DNA from: Dehalococcoidia bacterium
Lineage (GTDB): Bacteria; Chloroflexota; Dehalococcoidia; UBA2979
NCBI GenBank assembly: GCA_963694535.1
Contig: CAVODE010000003.1
Location: 1 to 49,093, forward strand
Reading direction: 5' to 3'
Length of the DNA stretch: 49,093 bases
Shown here: positions 19,306 to 30,847 of the stretch, in pieces
Layout of the letters: each line of letters starts with the position of its first letter
Position numbering within the stretch: the first letter of the stretch is position 1
The notes under the pieces: generated by a model
Databases searched by the model: none
Told to the model about the DNA's origin: nothing
The model's input: only the letters and a program-made list of their open reading frames with translations
Position numbers and translations under genes: made by a program

Positions 19306-20373
19306 ATGAAAACGGCCGTTACTACTTTGGATCCAATGGTTTTTGAGATTATTGAATCAGATGTGAAGTCACCAGATCTGACGGAAGTTTTGATCCGAGT
19401 TAAAGCGTGTGGTATTTGTGGCTCTGATCTACATGCATACAGAGATCCAAGCCATTGGCTCTCGCCCGATGCTAGTTGGAAAGCTGGCCGAGTTCTCGGT
19501 CATGAGATAGCTGGGGAAGTAGTTGAACTGGGCGCAAGCGTCGGCCGTTTTGAGATTGGCGATCACGTAACTCTGCAACCTAGATTGTTTTGTGGGGAGT
19601 GTGCTGAATGTCGAACGGGGCGCACAGAGATTTGCCAGCAATCTAACGGATTGTTTGGTGGTGAACTTCCTGGTGGTTTCTCAGAATATTTAACTGTTCC
19701 ACAAGAAAATTTATTTCGAATTTCTGACTCAGTTGATTTTGCTGTGGCGGCATTAGCTGAGCCGTTGGCAGTGGCGGTTCATGGCCACAGAGTGGCCGCA
19801 CAACTTGATAGTAGTCGGCCAACGTATGGTGAACGGGTTCTCGTTCTTGGATCTGGGCCAATAGGATTAATGTCTACATTTTATGCCAAGCAATCGGGCG
19901 CAAGCGAAGTTATTGCTACTTATCGTTATCCACAGCAGCGGGATGCCGCATTGCGTCTAGGAGCGACCCAAGTGTTTCATTCTGAAGATGAGGAAGGTTT
20001 GCAATCTTTTTGCGAATCAGTACCCGTAGATTCAGTTATCGAGACGGTTGGGGGAAGTGCAGACACCGCAGCGCTTGCCTGCAGGTTAGTCAGGCGAGGC
20101 GGGCGCGTTGTTATTTTGGGAGTATTTTCCAGAAGTGTGATGATGCCAGCGCACGTCATCCTCTCTAAGCAATTGCGGGTGGCAGGAACAGTGTTTTATA
20201 GTTACGTGGGTTTTAAACATGATTATGAACTGGCAGTAGAGCTTTTGGAAAATAATACTGATCTGATGTCGGAGTTGATTACACATCGCGTTTCACTACA
20301 GGATGCGGGGAACGGAATAAGGCTTGCAGGTGACAAGGCCAGTGGAGCAATTAAGGTCACCATTGAACCGTAG
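19306..20373 (+). CDS. Zinc-dependent alcohol dehydrogenase (threonine/sorbitol dehydrogenase-like)
   Basis: CGICGSD, GHE, CGECAEC...C, EPLAVAVH and GSGPIG motifs. Confidence 0.93.
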   Translation: MKTAVTTLDPMVFEIIESDVKSPDLTEVLIRVKACGICGSDLHAYRDPSHWLSPDASWKAGRVLGHEIAGEVVELGASVGRFEIGDHVTLQPRLFCGECAECRTGRTEICQQSNGLFGGELPGGFSEYLTVPQENLFRISDSVDFAVAALAEPLAVAVHGHRVAAQLDSSRPTYGERVLVLGSGPIGLMSTFYAKQSGASEVIATYRYPQQRDAALRLGATQVFHSEDEEGLQSFCESVPVDSVIETVGGSADTAALACRLVRRGGRVVILGVFSRSVMMPAHVILSKQLRVAGTVFYSYVGFKHDYELAVELLENNTDLMSELITHRVSLQDAGNGIRLAGDKASGAIKVTIEP

Positions 20374-20450
20374 AGATGGTGAATATGGCTCTATTGCGAA
20401 AGAGAATTTGTTTGTCAGATGCGATCAGAATTGTGAGGTAAAATAACACT

Positions 20451-21218
20451 ATGTTAGTTCTGCTATCACCAGCTAAGGGCCAGAATTTTGAGCCCACTCA
20501 GGCTGAACTTCATGTGTCGGAACCTCGGTTACTTTCAAAAAGTAATGAATTGGTTGAGATACTTCGTTTATACAGTCCTGACGAACTTATGACATTGATG
20601 AATGTCAGCGAGAAAATTGGAAATTTGACGGCAGAGCGATTTGCGTCTTTTAGTACTCCATTTAATGTGTCAAATGCGAAGCCAGCTGCATTTGCATTCT
20701 CTGGTGACGTATACAAGGGTTTAGCGATTGATGACTTTACCCAAAATGACCTTAAATTTGCCCAAAATCATGTAAGAATTCTTTCTGGATTGTATGGCGT
20801 GTTGAGACCTCTTGATCTTATACAACCCTACCGCTTAGAAATGGGCACTCGGTTGGATACCAAGGCTGGCTCAGATTTATACCAATACTGGGGCTCTTCT
20901 ATTTCAGAGTGTTTGATGACAGATCTAGAGGACCAAGAAGACGATTTGATCATTAATTTAGCGTCTAATGAATACTTCAAAGCGGTGAATGGCGCAGATA
21001 TTCAGACTAACGTTAGTACACCTGTCTTCAAAGATTGGAAAAACGGTAAATACAAGATTATTTCGTTTTTCGCGAAAAATGCTCGGGGCGCTATGGCTAG
21101 GTGGATTATTAAGCAGCAGGCGCAGAAAGCCACAGACTTGTTCGATTTCGGACAGAACGGTTACGAATATAGCGAAGAACTCTCCGCCGTGAACAGTCCT
21201 GTTTTTCTTCGTGGTTAG
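20451..21218 (+). CDS. yaaA: Peroxide stress protein YaaA (DUF328)
   Basis: LSPAK, GDVY.G, ILSGLYGVLRPLDLIQPYRLEMG, NLASNEY and ISFFAK.ARG motifs. Confidence 0.95.
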   Translation: MLVLLSPAKGQNFEPTQAELHVSEPRLLSKSNELVEILRLYSPDELMTLMNVSEKIGNLTAERFASFSTPFNVSNAKPAAFAFSGDVYKGLAIDDFTQNDLKFAQNHVRILSGLYGVLRPLDLIQPYRLEMGTRLDTKAGSDLYQYWGSSISECLMTDLEDQEDDLIINLASNEYFKAVNGADIQTNVSTPVFKDWKNGKYKIISFFAKNARGAMARWIIKQQAQKATDLFDFGQNGYEYSEELSAVNSPVFLRG

Positions 21219-21316
21219 TCTGCGAAAATTTAGTAAATTAGATTTATCAATTTCGATAAGTTGATGAAATGTACAGATTTATCGTTACTATTGTATAAGC
21301 GCCTATCCATTTGATA

Positions 21317-21346
21317 TTGACAGGTCACTATAAAAAATCATACAGT
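21317..21346 (+). promoter_or_regulatory. Putative sigma70-type promoter of nrdJ
   Basis: TTGACA-N18-TACAGT about 155 nt upstream of the ATG. Confidence 0.55.
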
Positions 21347-21500
21347 TCAGTACCCAGTAATTTTTATGCTTAAACGCTTGGGCGAGTGATCATTTAAAAG
21401 CCAAACATGTGAATATTAGTTGGCTTAGTTGTTTCCCAAGCCACAGCGTAACCAAGGCATATTAATATTGTGCCGATTAGTAACTAACTAGGAGTACTTG

Positions 21501-24500
21501 ATGAAGATCAATCGTCGTTTTACAAAATCAGGTCAAAGCCCTTACGAGGGAGTTCCTTTTGTAAAAAAAGATTCTCGTATAAAGGAATTTGATGGAACTA
21601 TTGTGTTTGAGGCAAAGGATATATCAATACCGGAATCCTTTTCTCAGGTCGCTACAGACGTCATGGCTCAGAAGTACTTTAGAAGAGCGGGTGTTCCAAG
21701 CGAGACGATAGCTATTGCTGAAGAGGGAATACCGGACTGGGCCCAGCGACGCGAACCTGCAGACGGCAGTACGTTTGGTGGGGAAACGGATGCTCGACAA
21801 TCATTTGATCGTTTGGGCTTGACGTGGGCTTATTGGGGCCTGAAGAATAATTATTTCGACAGTGATGAGGATGCTTTGGCATTTGCTGATGAGGTACGTT
21901 ACATGATGGCTCGTCAGATGGTGGCACCAAATTCACCTCAATGGTTTAACACAGGCCTACATTGGGCGTATGGAATTGAAGGCCCGTCTCAAGGCCATTG
22001 GTTTGTTGATCCTGAGTCTGCAGAGATGCGGCCATCAACATCAGCATATGAACGTCCTCAACCGCACGCATGTTTTATTCAGTCGGTAGCGGATGATCTT
22101 GTTAATCAAGGTGGAATCATGGACCTATGGACTCGTGAGGCGCGAGTTTTTAAGTATGGTTCTGGGACAGGTTCTAATTTCTCTTCGATCAGAGGTGATA
22201 ATGAGGGATTATCTGGTGGTGGGCAGTCTTCAGGGTTGATGTCATTTCTAAAGATTGGGGATAGATCTGCCGGAGCTATTAAATCAGGTGGAACAACGCG
22301 TCGAGCAGCGAAGATGGTTATTCTAGATGCAGATCATCCAGATATTGAGGAATTTATTGAGTGGAAAGTGAAAGAAGAGCAAAAGGTAGCATCTCTAGTC
22401 ACTGGGTCAAAAATTACACGTAGACATTTAACTGATATTTTTAGATTAGCTTCAGATGAGGACGCTGGTGGTATCGACGTCACTGAGAATAAAGCTCTTC
22501 GAAAGGCCATCAGGTCAGCACGGGCTGATAGCGTAGTTGAATCAGTTATATCACGAGTTCTTGATTTTGTTCAGCAAGGTTACGGTGATGTTGATTTTGA
22601 TGAATTCGATCTGGATTGGCAAGGCGAGGCATACCAGACTGTTTCAGGGCAAAACTCTAATAATTCCATCCGCGTGACGGCCGATTTTTTGGATGCAGTG
22701 CGAAAGGATGATTCTTGGGATTTGATTCGAAGAACAGATGGTGAAGTCAGTAAAACTATTCGGGCAAGAGATCTTTGGTCAAAAGTTGCGTTAGCAGCAT
22801 GGCAGAGTGCTGATCCCGGAGTTCAGTATGATTCGACAATTAACGAGTGGCACACCACACCAACGGGTGGACGTATAAACGGATCAAATCCATGTTCCGA
22901 ATATATGTTCCTAGATGATACGGCGTGTAATTTAGCATCACTTAATTTGGCATCCTTTTATGATGCTGACACGAAGGTATTTGATATACCTGCTTATGAA
23001 CATGGAATTCGATTATGGACAATTGTTCTGGAAATTTCGGTACTCATGGCTCAATTTCCTTCGGAAGCGATTGCTCGACGTTCGTATGACTATCGCACCT
23101 TAGGTCTTGGATATGCCAGTTTAGGAGCTTTGTTAATGCAGAAGGGCGTTGCGTATGATTCGCCGGAAGCCTTGGCATTTGCAGGAACATTAACGGCTAT
23201 TATGACCGGCTGTTCCTATGCGACATCGGCTGAGATGGCTGGTGAGCTAGGGGCTTTTCCTCGGTATGAAGAGAATGACGGTGCAATGTTACGAGTTATG
23301 CGTAATCATCGGAGGGCTGCATACTCCTCCCCGGCTGATGATTATGAAGAGTTAAGCGTACTTCCGGTAGCCATAAATGAGACCTACGCGGATTCACAAC
23401 TTCTTGAGGCATCAAGAAAATGGTGGGATGACGCAGTCAAATTAGGTGAGAGGCATGGTTACAGGAATGCTCAAACGACCCTTATAGCTCCAACAGGAAC
23501 GATAGGTCTGCTGATGGATTGTGATACGACTGGGGTTGAGCCAGACTTCGCACTAATTAAATTTAAAAAGTTAGCAGGTGGGGGATTCTTTAGAATTATT
23601 AACGAATCTGTGCCGGCGGCTCTAAAGGAATTAGGTTATGCGGAGACCGAAGTTAATGAGATCGTTCAGTACGCGATTGGGTCGCATTCAATTAATAGCT
23701 CTCCTCATGTGAATAGGCAGTCACTCAGTGAATTGGGTTTGTCCGAGTTTGATATAGGCAAAGTAGAAGAAGCTTTGGTCTGGGCCCCTCACGTTTCAGT
23801 CGCGGTGAATACGCTGGTAACTGAAAGTGAGCTAATGAATGCTTTAGGAATCTCATCAGATGATTCGAGTGTTCCGGGTTTCGATTTGCTAACTGCACTG
23901 GGTTTCGATCCAGTAGAGATTGTACAAGCGAACGATTATATAAACGGTCGAATGACAGTTGAGGGTGCTCCTCATTTGCGTGATGAGCATTTGAACGTCT
24001 TTGATTGTGCAAATAAGTGTGGTGATTACGGAACAAGATATATTGATGCAATGGCACATGTCAGAATGTTGGCAGCCGCACAGCCATTTTTGTCAGGAGC
24101 TATTTCAAAAACTATCAACATGCCAACAGAGGCCACAGTTGGAGAGGTAACCGAGGTTTATGATGAGGCCGCGCGATTAGGCGTAAAAGCGCTGGCACTA
24201 TATCGTGATGGATCCAAGCTATCGCAACCATTGTCTTCTGTTAAGAGCATGTTGTTGTCAGGTGGCGCAGAATTTGAGGATACTGAGGAATTCACGCAAG
24301 CGATTGTGGAATCAGCTGAGCGATTAATTGGATCGCGCCGCGGTCATCGAGAGGATTTGCCTAGTCGAAGGCCTGGTGGATATACCCAGAAAGCTATGGT
24401 AGGTGGACACACTATCTATTTGCGGACGGGTGAATACCCGGAGATCGGTGCTGATGGTCGGCCGCGATTGGGTGAGATATTTATTGATACGGCGAAGGAT

Positions 24501-25052
24501 GGTGCAGCTTTTCGTAGTTTGATGAATTGTTTTGCAACAGCAGTTTCTGTGGGTTTGCAATACGGAGTTCCTCTTGAAACGTTTGTTGATAAGTTTACGT
24601 TTAGAGCGTTCGAACCAGCAGGTCTGGTACAAGGACATGATCGAATTAAGAATGCCCGATCGATTATTGACTATATATTCCGAGATCTAGGTGTGACATA
24701 TCTCGGCATGGAGAATTTAGCGCATGTTCCTGAGGTTGAGACAGAGGTACAAAGCACTTCGATTCACGCGGAACCAGAAGTGCTTTCGCCTGATTTAATT
24801 GACGAACCAGATAATATTTCAGTTTTGGAATTCCCTGCCAGAATACCAGTGGTGGAGGAATCAGTGATTCCAGTAGTTAGTGGTGGAAATGATTTTCCTT
24901 CGACTGACTCAACACTCTTAGCACAACAGACAGAAGCAAAACGATATGGATTTGAAGGTGATGCTTGTGCAATGTGTGGTGAATTTAAGATGGTAAGATC
25001 GGGGACGTGCTTGAAGTGTATGGTTTGCGGCGAAACTACAGGCTGTAGCTAA
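21501..25052 (+). CDS. nrdJ: Vitamin B12-dependent (class II) ribonucleotide reductase
   Basis: [67 protein letters not shown], a TSCPD-type domain and terminal CxxC..CxxC..GCS. Confidence 0.97.
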   Translation: MKINRRFTKSGQSPYEGVPFVKKDSRIKEFDGTIVFEAKDISIPESFSQVATDVMAQKYFRRAGVPSETIAIAEEGIPDWAQRREPADGSTFGGETDARQSFDRLGLTWAYWGLKNNYFDSDEDALAFADEVRYMMARQMVAPNSPQWFNTGLHWAYGIEGPSQGHWFVDPESAEMRPSTSAYERPQPHACFIQSVADDLVNQGGIMDLWTREARVFKYGSGTGSNFSSIRGDNEGLSGGGQSSGLMSFLKIGDRSAGAIKSGGTTRRAAKMVILDADHPDIEEFIEWKVKEEQKVASLVTGSKITRRHLTDIFRLASDEDAGGIDVTENKALRKAIRSARADSVVESVISRVLDFVQQGYGDVDFDEFDLDWQGEAYQTVSGQNSNNSIRVTADFLDAVRKDDSWDLIRRTDGEVSKTIRARDLWSKVALAAWQSADPGVQYDSTINEWHTTPTGGRINGSNPCSEYMFLDDTACNLASLNLASFYDADTKVFDIPAYEHGIRLWTIVLEISVLMAQFPSEAIARRSYDYRTLGLGYASLGALLMQKGVAYDSPEALAFAGTLTAIMTGCSYATSAEMAGELGAFPRYEENDGAMLRVMRNHRRAAYSSPADDYEELSVLPVAINETYADSQLLEASRKWWDDAVKLGERHGYRNAQTTLIAPTGTIGLLMDCDTTGVEPDFALIKFKKLAGGGFFRIINESVPAALKELGYAETEVNEIVQYAIGSHSINSSPHVNRQSLSELGLSEFDIGKVEEALVWAPHVSVAVNTLVTESELMNALGISSDDSSVPGFDLLTALGFDPVEIVQANDYINGRMTVEGAPHLRDEHLNVFDCANKCGDYGTRYIDAMAHVRMLAAAQPFLSGAISKTINMPTEATVGEVTEVYDEAARLGVKALALYRDGSKLSQPLSSVKSMLLSGGAEFEDTEEFTQAIVESAERLIGSRRGHREDLPSRRPGGYTQKAMVGGHTIYLRTGEYPEIGADGRPRLGEIFIDTAKDGAAFRSLMNCFATAVSVGLQYGVPLETFVDKFTFRAFEPAGLVQGHDRIKNARSIIDYIFRDLGVTYLGMENLAHVPEVETEVQSTSIHAEPEVLSPDLIDEPDNISVLEFPARIPVVEESVIPVVSGGNDFPSTDSTLLAQQTEAKRYGFEGDACAMCGEFKMVRSGTCLKCMVCGETTGCS

Positions 25053-26362
25053 GTTGAAATTTCGTTGATTTTGGAAGGAATTGCTTCCGACAGATTTCGT
25101 TGGCCATTTCTTGTGACGAGAATGTCGTCTTCAATTCGTATACCGATTCCCCTGAGCTCTTTGGGCACGCCATCGATATTCATGGGGAAATAAAGACCTG
25201 GTTCAACCGTGAGCACCATTCCAGATTTGAGCTTTACAGGAGTTTGGTCAGGATTGCTGTAATTACCCGCATCATGGACGTCAAGACCCAACCAGTGACT
25301 AGTTCCGTGCATGTAAAACGGCCGATACGCAAAAGAGTTCTCAATACTTTTTCGCGTGCCCTTGAGAACCTTAAGATTTTTCAGCCCATCTATTAGGACT
25401 CGAACAGCTGCTTTATGCGGTTCATAGAAAGTCACGCCGGGCTTTACGGATTCAATCGCGGTTTGTTGAGCCGACAAGACTATTTCGTACACATCTTTTT
25501 GCGCTGAGGTGAATTTTCCACTAGCCGGATATGTTCGACTGACATCAGCGGAATACAAATCCCACTCTGCACCAGTGTCGAGTAAAAGGAGGTCTTTATT
25601 TTTAATACGTGCACGGTTAGCAGTGTAATGAAGCGTACAGGAATTATTACCTGCTGCGACGATAGATGGGAAACCATCACGCACTGATCCGAGTCGTCGA
25701 TATTCGGACTCGAGAATTGCTTGAACCTCGTATTCAGTTCTTCCAGGCTTGTCGAGTTGTTCGATGTTGGCTAGTCCAGCCGCAGTGATATTTATTGCTT
25801 CTTGTAAAGCATTAACTTCATTGTTCGATTTAATTACTCTTAAACTGTCAATTATTTCTTGAGGATCGCGTACCGCATTAAGTGGTGAACCGCCTCTTTG
25901 TCGCCCATCTCGTCTTTCAGCGATTTGATTTGTAACCAGTTGATCGATAGTTGAATTTGTACCGATGCTATACCAAACACTGTCACTCTTTTTGATGAGT
26001 TTCGGCAATTCCGAGGAGAGTTCGTCGATATCGAATGTCTGATTGGCATCATACCGACTAATTGCTTTTCTAAGGCCTATTCGTGGACCTACCCATGTCT
26101 CCATTATAGGATCATGCTTTCTGACAAAGAGCGTGTATGGCTTGCTACTGCCAGGTGTAAATACAGCTACAGAACTTGGTTCTGGAAATCCAGTTAGATA
26201 GTGGAACGAAGAGTTTTGGCGAAATGGATAGTAGACGTCGCCATTTCGAATTATTTCCTCACCTGAAACCAATATGGCAATGTTTCCATCACCTATTTTT
26301 TTCATAAAACGATTTCTGCGGTTAATGAAGTCTTCGCGAGGGATCGTGTTGTTTGAACTCAT
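25049..26362 (-). CDS. pepP: Xaa-Pro aminopeptidase
   Basis: [53 protein letters not shown] and GIRIEDD motifs. Confidence 0.96.
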   Translation of the reverse strand: MSSNNTIPREDFINRRNRFMKKIGDGNIAILVSGEEIIRNGDVYYPFRQNSSFHYLTGFPEPSSVAVFTPGSSKPYTLFVRKHDPIMETWVGPRIGLRKAISRYDANQTFDIDELSSELPKLIKKSDSVWYSIGTNSTIDQLVTNQIAERRDGRQRGGSPLNAVRDPQEIIDSLRVIKSNNEVNALQEAINITAAGLANIEQLDKPGRTEYEVQAILESEYRRLGSVRDGFPSIVAAGNNSCTLHYTANRARIKNKDLLLLDTGAEWDLYSADVSRTYPASGKFTSAQKDVYEIVLSAQQTAIESVKPGVTFYEPHKAAVRVLIDGLKNLKVLKGTRKSIENSFAYRPFYMHGTSHWLGLDVHDAGNYSNPDQTPVKLKSGMVLTVEPGLYFPMNIDGVPKELRGIGIRIEDDILVTRNGQRNLSEAIPSKINEIST

Positions 26363-26373
26363 AAGGCAAAATA

Positions 26374-27189
26374 CTATCTGAAAATATCACAGGCTGCACT
26401 TATTCCAATAATAATCAGACCGACTGCCAGAGCTCGCATCAGGTTACCTTCACCAGTTCTTTGTCGAACTTTTATGGCAATTGGCCCTGCTATTAGGACG
26501 CCAGCTGCGAGCCAGGGAATATCGTCGAGTGGCGAACCACCCACGTTATTGAAGAAATGAACACCTGTGACGCTGAGAGATTGGATCAGTATTAACAAAT
26601 GCATACTCGGCACAGCTATGTCATGCGGTACTCGCTGTATTCGAGTCATTACTGGTATACCAATCGGGCCACCTCCAATACCTGCTAAGGCTGAAAAAAA
26701 TGCAGTTCCAACCTGCGCAATTCCAGTCCGAGCCAGGGGGACGGTGTAGCTATAGAGGTTTCCTTGCTGGTCTTTAATCTTACGGGACCATCCTTGGTTA
26801 GGTGTAAAATCTTTAACCGTGGTTGGGCGCAATATTATGTATATACCAATCAGGACCAAGAACAGCCCAAAAGCAAACGAAAAATAGACACGCTCGATAA
26901 GTTCCGTGGTGAGACCTCCAAGAATGGCGGCAGGTATTCCTATCATCGCAAGCAAGAGGATTAGTTTTCCATCAATCCTTTGTTCACGAATGGAGAGTAA
27001 AACTTGAATAGCTGAGTTAATGACCACATAAATCAGTGCTGCGGCAGTAATCTCAGTTGGAGTAGCGTCAGGATGTCGCATTAGCAGAATTGGAGCGATT
27101 AAGAACCCCCCACCTGCTCCGATGGCTCCGGCATAAATTCCTGTTGCTGCTCCAAGGATTATGAGAAAAACTGGATCAGTAAATTCCAT
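26374..27189 (-). CDS. TauE/SafE family (TSUP) membrane transporter
   Basis: IGAGGGFLIAP and AGIGGGPIGIP duplicated motifs. Hydrophobic. Confidence 0.9.
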   Translation of the reverse strand: MEFTDPVFLIILGAATGIYAGAIGAGGGFLIAPILLMRHPDATPTEITAAALIYVVINSAIQVLLSIREQRIDGKLILLLAMIGIPAAILGGLTTELIERVYFSFAFGLFLVLIGIYIILRPTTVKDFTPNQGWSRKIKDQQGNLYSYTVPLARTGIAQVGTAFFSALAGIGGGPIGIPVMTRIQRVPHDIAVPSMHLLILIQSLSVTGVHFFNNVGGSPLDDIPWLAAGVLIAGPIAIKVRQRTGEGNLMRALAVGLIIIGISAACDIFR

Positions 27190-27210
27190 CAATTTGTTGA
27201 TGCGTTCCTG

Positions 27211-28572
27211 TTATTGGGGGGCGCGAAGAAATTCTGGTAAAAGATGATCTGGATATCTGTCTCCTACATGACCTTGCTCAAGTAACTCTTTATATTCTAA
27301 GTCACTATAGCCAAGCAATTCCTTATATATCTCTTCACTATGCTCACCAAGCCTTGGGGGAGCCGTGCGGAGTTTATTTGGTGTATTAATCCATTTAGTC
27401 ATTATTCCGGGGTATCGATAGTTTCCAATTACTGGGGAATCTAGTTCTTCAAAAAAGCCGCGATTAATTAGTTGAGGTGAGCTGAGGAGTTCAACATCAT
27501 CCATGACGGGACCAGCACAAACTCCGGCTAGTTGTAGTTGTTGAAATAGTTCGTTCTTGTCATATTCGACCGTGAATTTCGCAAGCTCTTCATGAAGCGC
27601 GTCACGATTATTAAATCGTGATAACTGTGTTGCGAATTTCGTATCTTTCTGTAGTAAGTCTGCATGGAGTACCTCACATAAGGTCCGCCACTCACTATCT
27701 TCAGACACATCTATCGCAATCCATTGATCTATGCCGTGGGTCGGAAATACGCCGTGGGGGGCATGTGAGTGATGAGTATTTCCTTGTGGCCCTGCAACCC
27801 GGTCATTCATTTCGAAGTCTAGAATAAACTCTCCTAGGTTGGACAGAAATCCCTCTGCTAGCGGCATTTCTATCTGCTGACCTTCACCTGTTAGATCCCG
27901 ATAACGGAGCGCAGCCGTGATAACAGTAGCGCCAAGTAATCCCGCAAAGGCATCCGCCGTGAATGCCTCCCCAGTTTGATCTGGAGTTCCATCAGGATAG
28001 CCGCGTAGATAATGGTGGCCGATCATCGCTTCAACGTGTGTACCGAAGGCACGATAACCTTTGTATGGGCCCGATAGTCCATATGCTGGCATTCGAAGCA
28101 TAATAAGACGGGGGTTTATTTTCTTGAGCGTGTCGTAGGTTATTCCTGCTTTTTCTATTGTCGTTGGAACATTGTTCTCAACAAGAACATCGACTTCTTT
28201 TATAAGTTTTAGAAAGGCTTGTTTGCCCTCGCTCGTCATTATGTTGCATGCCATCGATTTCTTGTTTCGGCTATGCGAATTAAATCCAGGGTTCCTATTC
28301 CAGGGCTCATCCCCAGGTTCGAAGTCAGGATATGCACTCAGTGTGATTCCATTATTCGCCATTTCAATGAGTTGCTCGCGAGGGGCAATGCGTTCAGCTC
28401 CTCTTGAGTAGGGTTGAATCGCATTTATGGGTTCCACTCGAATAACCTCTGCTCCCCATTCGGCGAGAACTTGAGTGCAGTGTGGTCCGGCCCAAACAAC
28501 CGTAATTGCAGCTACTTTAACTCCATCTAACGGTAAATCTGATTTGGTTGGGGTCTCTTGTTTAGTTTCCAT
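27211..28572 (-). CDS. Family III CoA-transferase (CaiB/BaiF)
   Basis: WAGP, WGAEVIRVE, RNKKS, DVLVEN, TADAFAG (catalytic Asp) and PRLGEH motifs. Confidence 0.93.
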   Translation of the reverse strand: METKQETPTKSDLPLDGVKVAAITVVWAGPHCTQVLAEWGAEVIRVEPINAIQPYSRGAERIAPREQLIEMANNGITLSAYPDFEPGDEPWNRNPGFNSHSRNKKSMACNIMTSEGKQAFLKLIKEVDVLVENNVPTTIEKAGITYDTLKKINPRLIMLRMPAYGLSGPYKGYRAFGTHVEAMIGHHYLRGYPDGTPDQTGEAFTADAFAGLLGATVITAALRYRDLTGEGQQIEMPLAEGFLSNLGEFILDFEMNDRVAGPQGNTHHSHAPHGVFPTHGIDQWIAIDVSEDSEWRTLCEVLHADLLQKDTKFATQLSRFNNRDALHEELAKFTVEYDKNELFQQLQLAGVCAGPVMDDVELLSSPQLINRGFFEELDSPVIGNYRYPGIMTKWINTPNKLRTAPPRLGEHSEEIYKELLGYSDLEYKELLEQGHVGDRYPDHLLPEFLRAPQ

Positions 28573-28585
28573 GATTAGTTAACCC

Positions 28586-29794
28586 TCATACTACTTTTGC
28601 TCGACGCAGTTGAACTATGTCGGAATTCGTGTAGCCCATATCTGTAAGAACACTAAAGGTATGTTCACCCAGTAACGGAGCACGTTTCATTTGTTTTCGA
28701 GTCGCGCCCGAGGTGACAAAATGTCGTCCTGGGTAGCGAATACTACCCGTTTCGGGATGCTCAACTTCCTCCCAGACATTTCTTTCCTGATAGTGAGGGT
28801 CATTTAGAAGATCTTCTACGGTCAATATTGCGCCACCTAAAATTCCGATCGATTGGGTAGCTGCTACAGCCTCTCGCTTGGTGCGATCGATCAGCCAAAT
28901 GGCGTATGACGCTTCCATTTCTTCGATAAATGTCGTTGACATTTGGGTGGCCGGTTTTTTTGCATCAGGATGTTCTGCTAAATCTTCGCGACCGATGAGT
29001 CGTAGAAATGCCGGAACATGTTTGCTGGTGCCGGCCATTATATTTGCGTACCCGTCTTTTGCTGGCCGAGGGCCGGAGGCAGTCCTGCCTAGCGATCCAC
29101 CTCGCTTATTACTTCTGCCCGTATAGGATGCAGACGTGAGGCCAGGAGCTCTTCTATCACGAAATCCAGCTTGAGCCTCGTAGACAGACTGATCAATATG
29201 ATCGCCAGATCCACCGCGTTCAACTCGCAAACGGGCGAGTATGCACGCATATGTCAGAGACAGGCCTGCATGGTAATGCGCTAGATTTCCGCCAAGCTTG
29301 ATGGGCTCCTTAGTCGGATCGCCATTCATATGCATTGGACCTGCCATTGCTTGAAGAACTAGCTCAGAACCTTTGAAATCTTTCCAAGGTCCAGTTTGTC
29401 CAAACGAAGTGAGGGATCCCATTACCAGATCCGTTCGATTGGAAGTGACCGCTTCGTAACCCAAACCAAGCGATTCAAGGGTGCCCGGATTGAAATTTTC
29501 GATCACTATGTCGTAGGAATCTATTAGCGAGCGGACTATATCTTTTCCGCTTGCTGTAGATAAGTCACAAGTGATGGATCGTTTGTTTGTATTTAAATGC
29601 AAAAAAAGTGCTGACGTTTCTTTGTTTGGAATGTCTTTTAGAAAAGGTCCCTCTGAACGAGAAGGATCCCCTTCCAGCGGCTCAACTTTGAGAACATCAG
29701 CACCGTAATCGGCGAAAATTTTTCCTGAGTATGGAACACCAACCATAGTACCCAGTTCGAGTACCTTGATGCCTTCAAATAGTTGCCTCGTCAT
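28586..29794 (-). CDS. Family III CoA-transferase (CaiB/BaiF), catalytic Asp apparently replaced
   Basis: YGADVLKVE, NTNKRS, FGQTGP and APLLGEH motifs. LAHYHAG at the xDxxxG position. Confidence 0.9.
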   Translation of the reverse strand: MTRQLFEGIKVLELGTMVGVPYSGKIFADYGADVLKVEPLEGDPSRSEGPFLKDIPNKETSALFLHLNTNKRSITCDLSTASGKDIVRSLIDSYDIVIENFNPGTLESLGLGYEAVTSNRTDLVMGSLTSFGQTGPWKDFKGSELVLQAMAGPMHMNGDPTKEPIKLGGNLAHYHAGLSLTYACILARLRVERGGSGDHIDQSVYEAQAGFRDRRAPGLTSASYTGRSNKRGGSLGRTASGPRPAKDGYANIMAGTSKHVPAFLRLIGREDLAEHPDAKKPATQMSTTFIEEMEASYAIWLIDRTKREAVAATQSIGILGGAILTVEDLLNDPHYQERNVWEEVEHPETGSIRYPGRHFVTSGATRKQMKRAPLLGEHTFSVLTDMGYTNSDIVQLRRAKVV

Positions 29795-29827
29795 TTATTA
29801 AACCTTTATCCATTCGTAAAGTGCCTA

Positions 29828-30688
29828 TTAATAACCTTTGAACTCCGGAGGTCGACGCTCAACAAAAGACCGGAAACCCTCTTTTGCATCACTTGTTTTC
29901 AGTAATCCTGCCTGAGCATTCCATTCATGGATGAGCCATTGCTCTGCCGACCCTGATGTGTCTAATGACGAGTGCAAGAGGCGCCGAATCTCCGCTGCCG
30001 CTAATGGTGGACCAGCTGCAACTTTCCGCGCATAGTCAACTGCCTCTGATAGGAGATCCTCATCTTCGACCACCCTATTTACTAGGCCGAGTTCGAGTAA
30101 TTTGTCTGATGGCATTACATCACTGTGGTACATTACTTCGAAAGCGCGAGCTGATCCAACTACCCGGGGAAGAAACCAGAGAACGCCATAATCTGAGACT
30201 ATTCCGCGTTTGAAAAAAATTGGCCCCATTCGCGCCGATTTCGCTGCAATTCGAATGTCACAGGCCATTGCCATACCGAATCCAGCACCTGCCGTGGCTC
30301 CGTTGATCGCGCCGATAATAGGGACATCAGATTTAATGAAACTTAACGCTGTTGCAACTGATCGGTTGTGATGTGGAAGGCGGTCATAGCGTGGGAGGCT
30401 GGGAACAGCATCATCTGACTCTTGGCTCGAATCAGCTGGTGTACGATCAGGCGTGATTTCCGCTCCTGCGCAGAAGGCTCGGCCGCTGCCTGTTAACACC
30501 ATAGCTCTGACTGAATCTTCTTTTGAAGCGAATGCTAAGGCTGCCCCTAGACCCTGCCCGAGTGTCGCGTTCAACGAGTTCATCTGTTCCGGGCGGTTGA
30601 ATGTTGTGACGAGCACTCCCTCGTCATCAAGTTCTGCTATGACGTCACCTTTTGAAATATCTTGGATACTGTCTATTATTTTAGTCAT
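29828..30688 (-). CDS. Enoyl-CoA hydratase/isomerase (crotonase) family, PaaG-like
   Basis: FNRPEQMNSL, GRAFCAG, INGATAGAGFGMAMACD and F.KRGIVSDYG (Asp type, no Glu pair). Confidence 0.9.
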   Translation of the reverse strand: MTKIIDSIQDISKGDVIAELDDEGVLVTTFNRPEQMNSLNATLGQGLGAALAFASKEDSVRAMVLTGSGRAFCAGAEITPDRTPADSSQESDDAVPSLPRYDRLPHHNRSVATALSFIKSDVPIIGAINGATAGAGFGMAMACDIRIAAKSARMGPIFFKRGIVSDYGVLWFLPRVVGSARAFEVMYHSDVMPSDKLLELGLVNRVVEDEDLLSEAVDYARKVAAGPPLAAAEIRRLLHSSLDTSGSAEQWLIHEWNAQAGLLKTSDAKEGFRSFVERRPPEFKGY

Positions 30689-30847
30689 GGGCTCCCCCTC
30701 GTTGAGTGGCTTATAGTTGACCGGAGTTTATGTTGTGAGAGTGTAGCCTGTCTGGGCGGCATCCGTGAGTGTTTTAATGTACTAAAAGATGGGAATAGTC
30801 GCTTTTTCTTATTTTTAAAGCGATGCTAGTCAATTATTGAGGTGATT

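Noticed and set aside
21456-21474. NrdR box (GGCATATTAATATTGTGCC) or cobalamin riboswitch before nrdJ
   Set aside because: Only a half-site-like match to acaCwAtATaTwGtg and no clear tandem second box. No B12-box core was seen.
21498-25052. Intein or intron in nrdJ
   Set aside because: The frame is continuous, core motifs are in the expected order, and no intein splice-junction or LAGLIDADG motifs were seen.
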